From an uncultured delta proteobacterium (GTDB lineage Bacteria; Desulfobacterota; Desulfobaccia; Desulfobaccales; 0-14-0-80-60-11): a DNA stretch of 64,000 nucleotides. The translations under genes and the position numbers were made by a program. The notes below the pieces were generated by a model. That model ran no database searches, was not told the origin of the DNA, and was given only the letters and a program-made list of their open reading frames with translations. Positions 62,131 through 64,000 of this stretch are shown one piece after another (positions within the stretch are counted from its first letter, which is position 1; every line of letters begins with the position of its first letter). The DNA lies in the NCBI GenBank assembly GCA_963812015.1, contig CAWETI010000003.1, positions 224,001-288,000 of the forward strand, given 5' to 3'.

Positions 62131-63603
62131 TCACCCGCCCAACAGGCGCTGCCGTTTTTCCGCGGCCAACCGGTAGAGGTCCACGTATTTGGGGCCCGCG
62201 GTCTTGGTCCAGGAATAATCCAGGGCCATGTTGTGCTTCATCAGGGCTTCCCAGACCGGGGGCTGTTGATAAACCGCCAGGGCTCGCTGCACCGCGCCCA
62301 GAAGTTCGGCCGGGGTGTAACCGGCGAACTTGAACCCGGTGCCTTGGCCGGTGGCGGGGTCGAATTCCTGCACGGTCTCATCCAACCCGCCGGTGGCCCG
62401 GACCACCGGAATTGTGCCGTAGCGCAGGCAGTATAGCTGGTCCAGGCCGCAGGGCTCATAACGGGAGGGCATGAGGAAGATGTCGGCCCCGGCGATAATC
62501 TGGTGAGCCAGTTCCTCGGTGTAGCCGATCATGAGGCCCATGTGCTCCGGATATTTAAGGCTGAATTCCTGGAGCAGAAAGTGGTGGCGCTCTTCTCCGG
62601 TGCCCTGGATGATGAAACCCACGTCCAGGCGCATCAGGTCATCGAGGATGTTTTCCACCAGGTCGATCCCTTTACGCTCAAAGAACCGGGTGGTCATGGC
62701 GATGAGAGGCCGCGCCGGGGACAGCTTTAAGGTGAAGCGCTCCAACAGGGCCAGTTTGCAGGTCTTTTTGCCGGCAAGGTTATCCTGGTCATAGGGCGCG
62801 GCCAGGAAGGCATCCCGGTTGGGGTCCCAGCGGTGATAATCAACCCCTTCCAGGACGCCGTAGAGCTCAGAGGCCCGTTCCCGGAACAGCCCCTCCAGCC
62901 CGAAGCCAAATTCCGGGGTGAGAATCTCTTCCCGGTATTTGGTGGATACGGTGGTCAGGAGGTCGGCAAAGACCAGGCCGCCTTTCATAAAGTTGAGCTT
63001 ACCGTAAAATTCCAGGGCCTTGGGAGAGAGCAATTCCCACCCCAGGCCGGTAAGGGGCAGGTCATAGGAAGAAAAGAGCCCCTGGTAACCCACGTTGTGA
63101 ACCGTGTACACCACCGGCAGGCGCTGCAAGCGGGGGCGTTCGCGATAGAGGGTCCTGAGATAAACGGGGACCAGGCCGGTCTGCCACTCGTGGGCGTGGC
63201 AGACGTCGAAATCCAGCTGCAAGGCGTCGATCATCTCCACCACCGACCGGGAAAAGAAGATGAAGCGCTCGCCATTGTCGTCAAAATCCCCGTACGACGT
63301 GCCGTAGAGACCTTCCCGGTTAAACAGGCTGTCCTGGCCGATAAAGTAAAAATCCAGGTTGGGGTCGACCTGGGCGGTAAAGATTTCGGCCGGCAGGGTC
63401 TTCAAGGAGAGGGGAATGGAAAGCTTTTGCCCGGTGGAGGTCAGGGGGCGGCCCGATTCCCGCACCTGGCGGTACAGGGGCAAAACCACCGATACTTGGT
63501 GGCCCAGCTTGACCAGAGCCCAGGCCAGGGCGTAGATCACCTCTGCGAGCCCGCCGCTGCGGGCAAAGGGATTAGATTCAGGGGTTACCATCAGGATACG
63601 CAT
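62131..63603 (-). CDS. glgA: glycogen synthase
   Basis: 'PFARSGGLAEV', 'HAHEWQT', 'TVHNVGYQG', 'MPSRYEPCGL', 'TGGLDETV'. Confidence 0.93.
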   Translation of the reverse strand: MRILMVTPESNPFARSGGLAEVIYALAWALVKLGHQVSVVLPLYRQVRESGRPLTSTGQKLSIPLSLKTLPAEIFTAQVDPNLDFYFIGQDSLFNREGLYGTSYGDFDDNGERFIFFSRSVVEMIDALQLDFDVCHAHEWQTGLVPVYLRTLYRERPRLQRLPVVYTVHNVGYQGLFSSYDLPLTGLGWELLSPKALEFYGKLNFMKGGLVFADLLTTVSTKYREEILTPEFGFGLEGLFRERASELYGVLEGVDYHRWDPNRDAFLAAPYDQDNLAGKKTCKLALLERFTLKLSPARPLIAMTTRFFERKGIDLVENILDDLMRLDVGFIIQGTGEERHHFLLQEFSLKYPEHMGLMIGYTEELAHQIIAGADIFLMPSRYEPCGLDQLYCLRYGTIPVVRATGGLDETVQEFDPATGQGTGFKFAGYTPAELLGAVQRALAVYQQPPVWEALMKHNMALDYSWTKTAGPKYVDLYRLAAEKRQRLLGG

Positions 63604-63620
63604 CTGTCATCCCTCGAGGA

Positions 63621-64000
63621 TTACAGCGTCAACTCCCGAAGATATTTAGCCGCATCTTCCGGAGGCGTCGGATTGATATAGAAGCCCGAGCCCCACTCGA
63701 ATCCAGCAATCAGAGTCAGCTTGGGCACAATCTCAAAATGCCAGTGGTAATAATTGAGTTGTGATTCCCGGATGGGCGCGGTGTGCAGGATGAAATTGTA
63801 CGGGACCTGGCCCAGGGCTTTCACCAGGCGCTTCAGGGTTTCCGAGAAGAGCTCGGCCAGTAGCTGGAAAGACCCTTCCTTTAAATCCACGTAGGATGAA
63901 AAGTGCTGCTTGGGCAGGATCCAGATTTCAAAAGGAGAGCGGGGCGCAAAGGGACAAATCGCCAGAAATTCTTCGTTCTGCAGCACCACCCGGCTCTCCT
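63621..64000 (-). CDS. galT: galactose-1-phosphate uridylyltransferase-like protein, 3' part (start outside the window)
   Basis: 'CPFAPRSPFEIWILPK', 'YNFILHTAP', 'YHWHFEIVP', 'AGFEWGSGFYINPTPPE'. Confidence 0.88.
   Translation of the reverse strand, partial: ESRVVLQNEEFLAICPFAPRSPFEIWILPKQHFSSYVDLKEGSFQLLAELFSETLKRLVKALGQVPYNFILHTAPIRESQLNYYHWHFEIVPKLTLIAGFEWGSGFYINPTPPEDAAKYLRELTL

Overview
GC-rich bacterial chromosomal window. Gene content suggests a Desulfobacterota/Deltaproteobacteria member; this is inference only. Most of it is housekeeping: phoU, hrcA-grpE-dnaK, tRNA-Met, mnmG, sirC-ccsA-hemA, nadB, nadA, dprA-topA-trmFO, queA-tgt-yajC, lolA, ligA, acyP and galT-glgA-kinase-regulator. 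Several palindromic repeat families are scattered through it. The main result is a minus-strand operon at 13190-16092 that the ORF track breaks into pieces. An ArsR regulator with a 16-2-16 operator precedes three genes that carry four in-frame UGA codons, each followed by a SECIS-like hairpin. The products are an LULAEC protein with an HTH-like tail, a rhodanese(U-x4-U)-DsbD-thioredoxin fusion and a thioredoxin-like NEPNGKPU protein. From memory this matches the computationally defined 'Tso' selenoprotein families, whose function I believe is uncharacterised; that match needs verifying. Other points of interest are a cluster of seven small exported proteins after the tRNA, an AT-rich gene enclosed by inverted REP elements, a stand-alone TIR-like gene, a divergent DAC-domain protein, a repeat inserted in-frame in the trmFO 5' end, a chimeric Phd/RHH antitoxin, a stand-alone HisKA protein, a frameshifted membrane gene and candidate structured RNAs.
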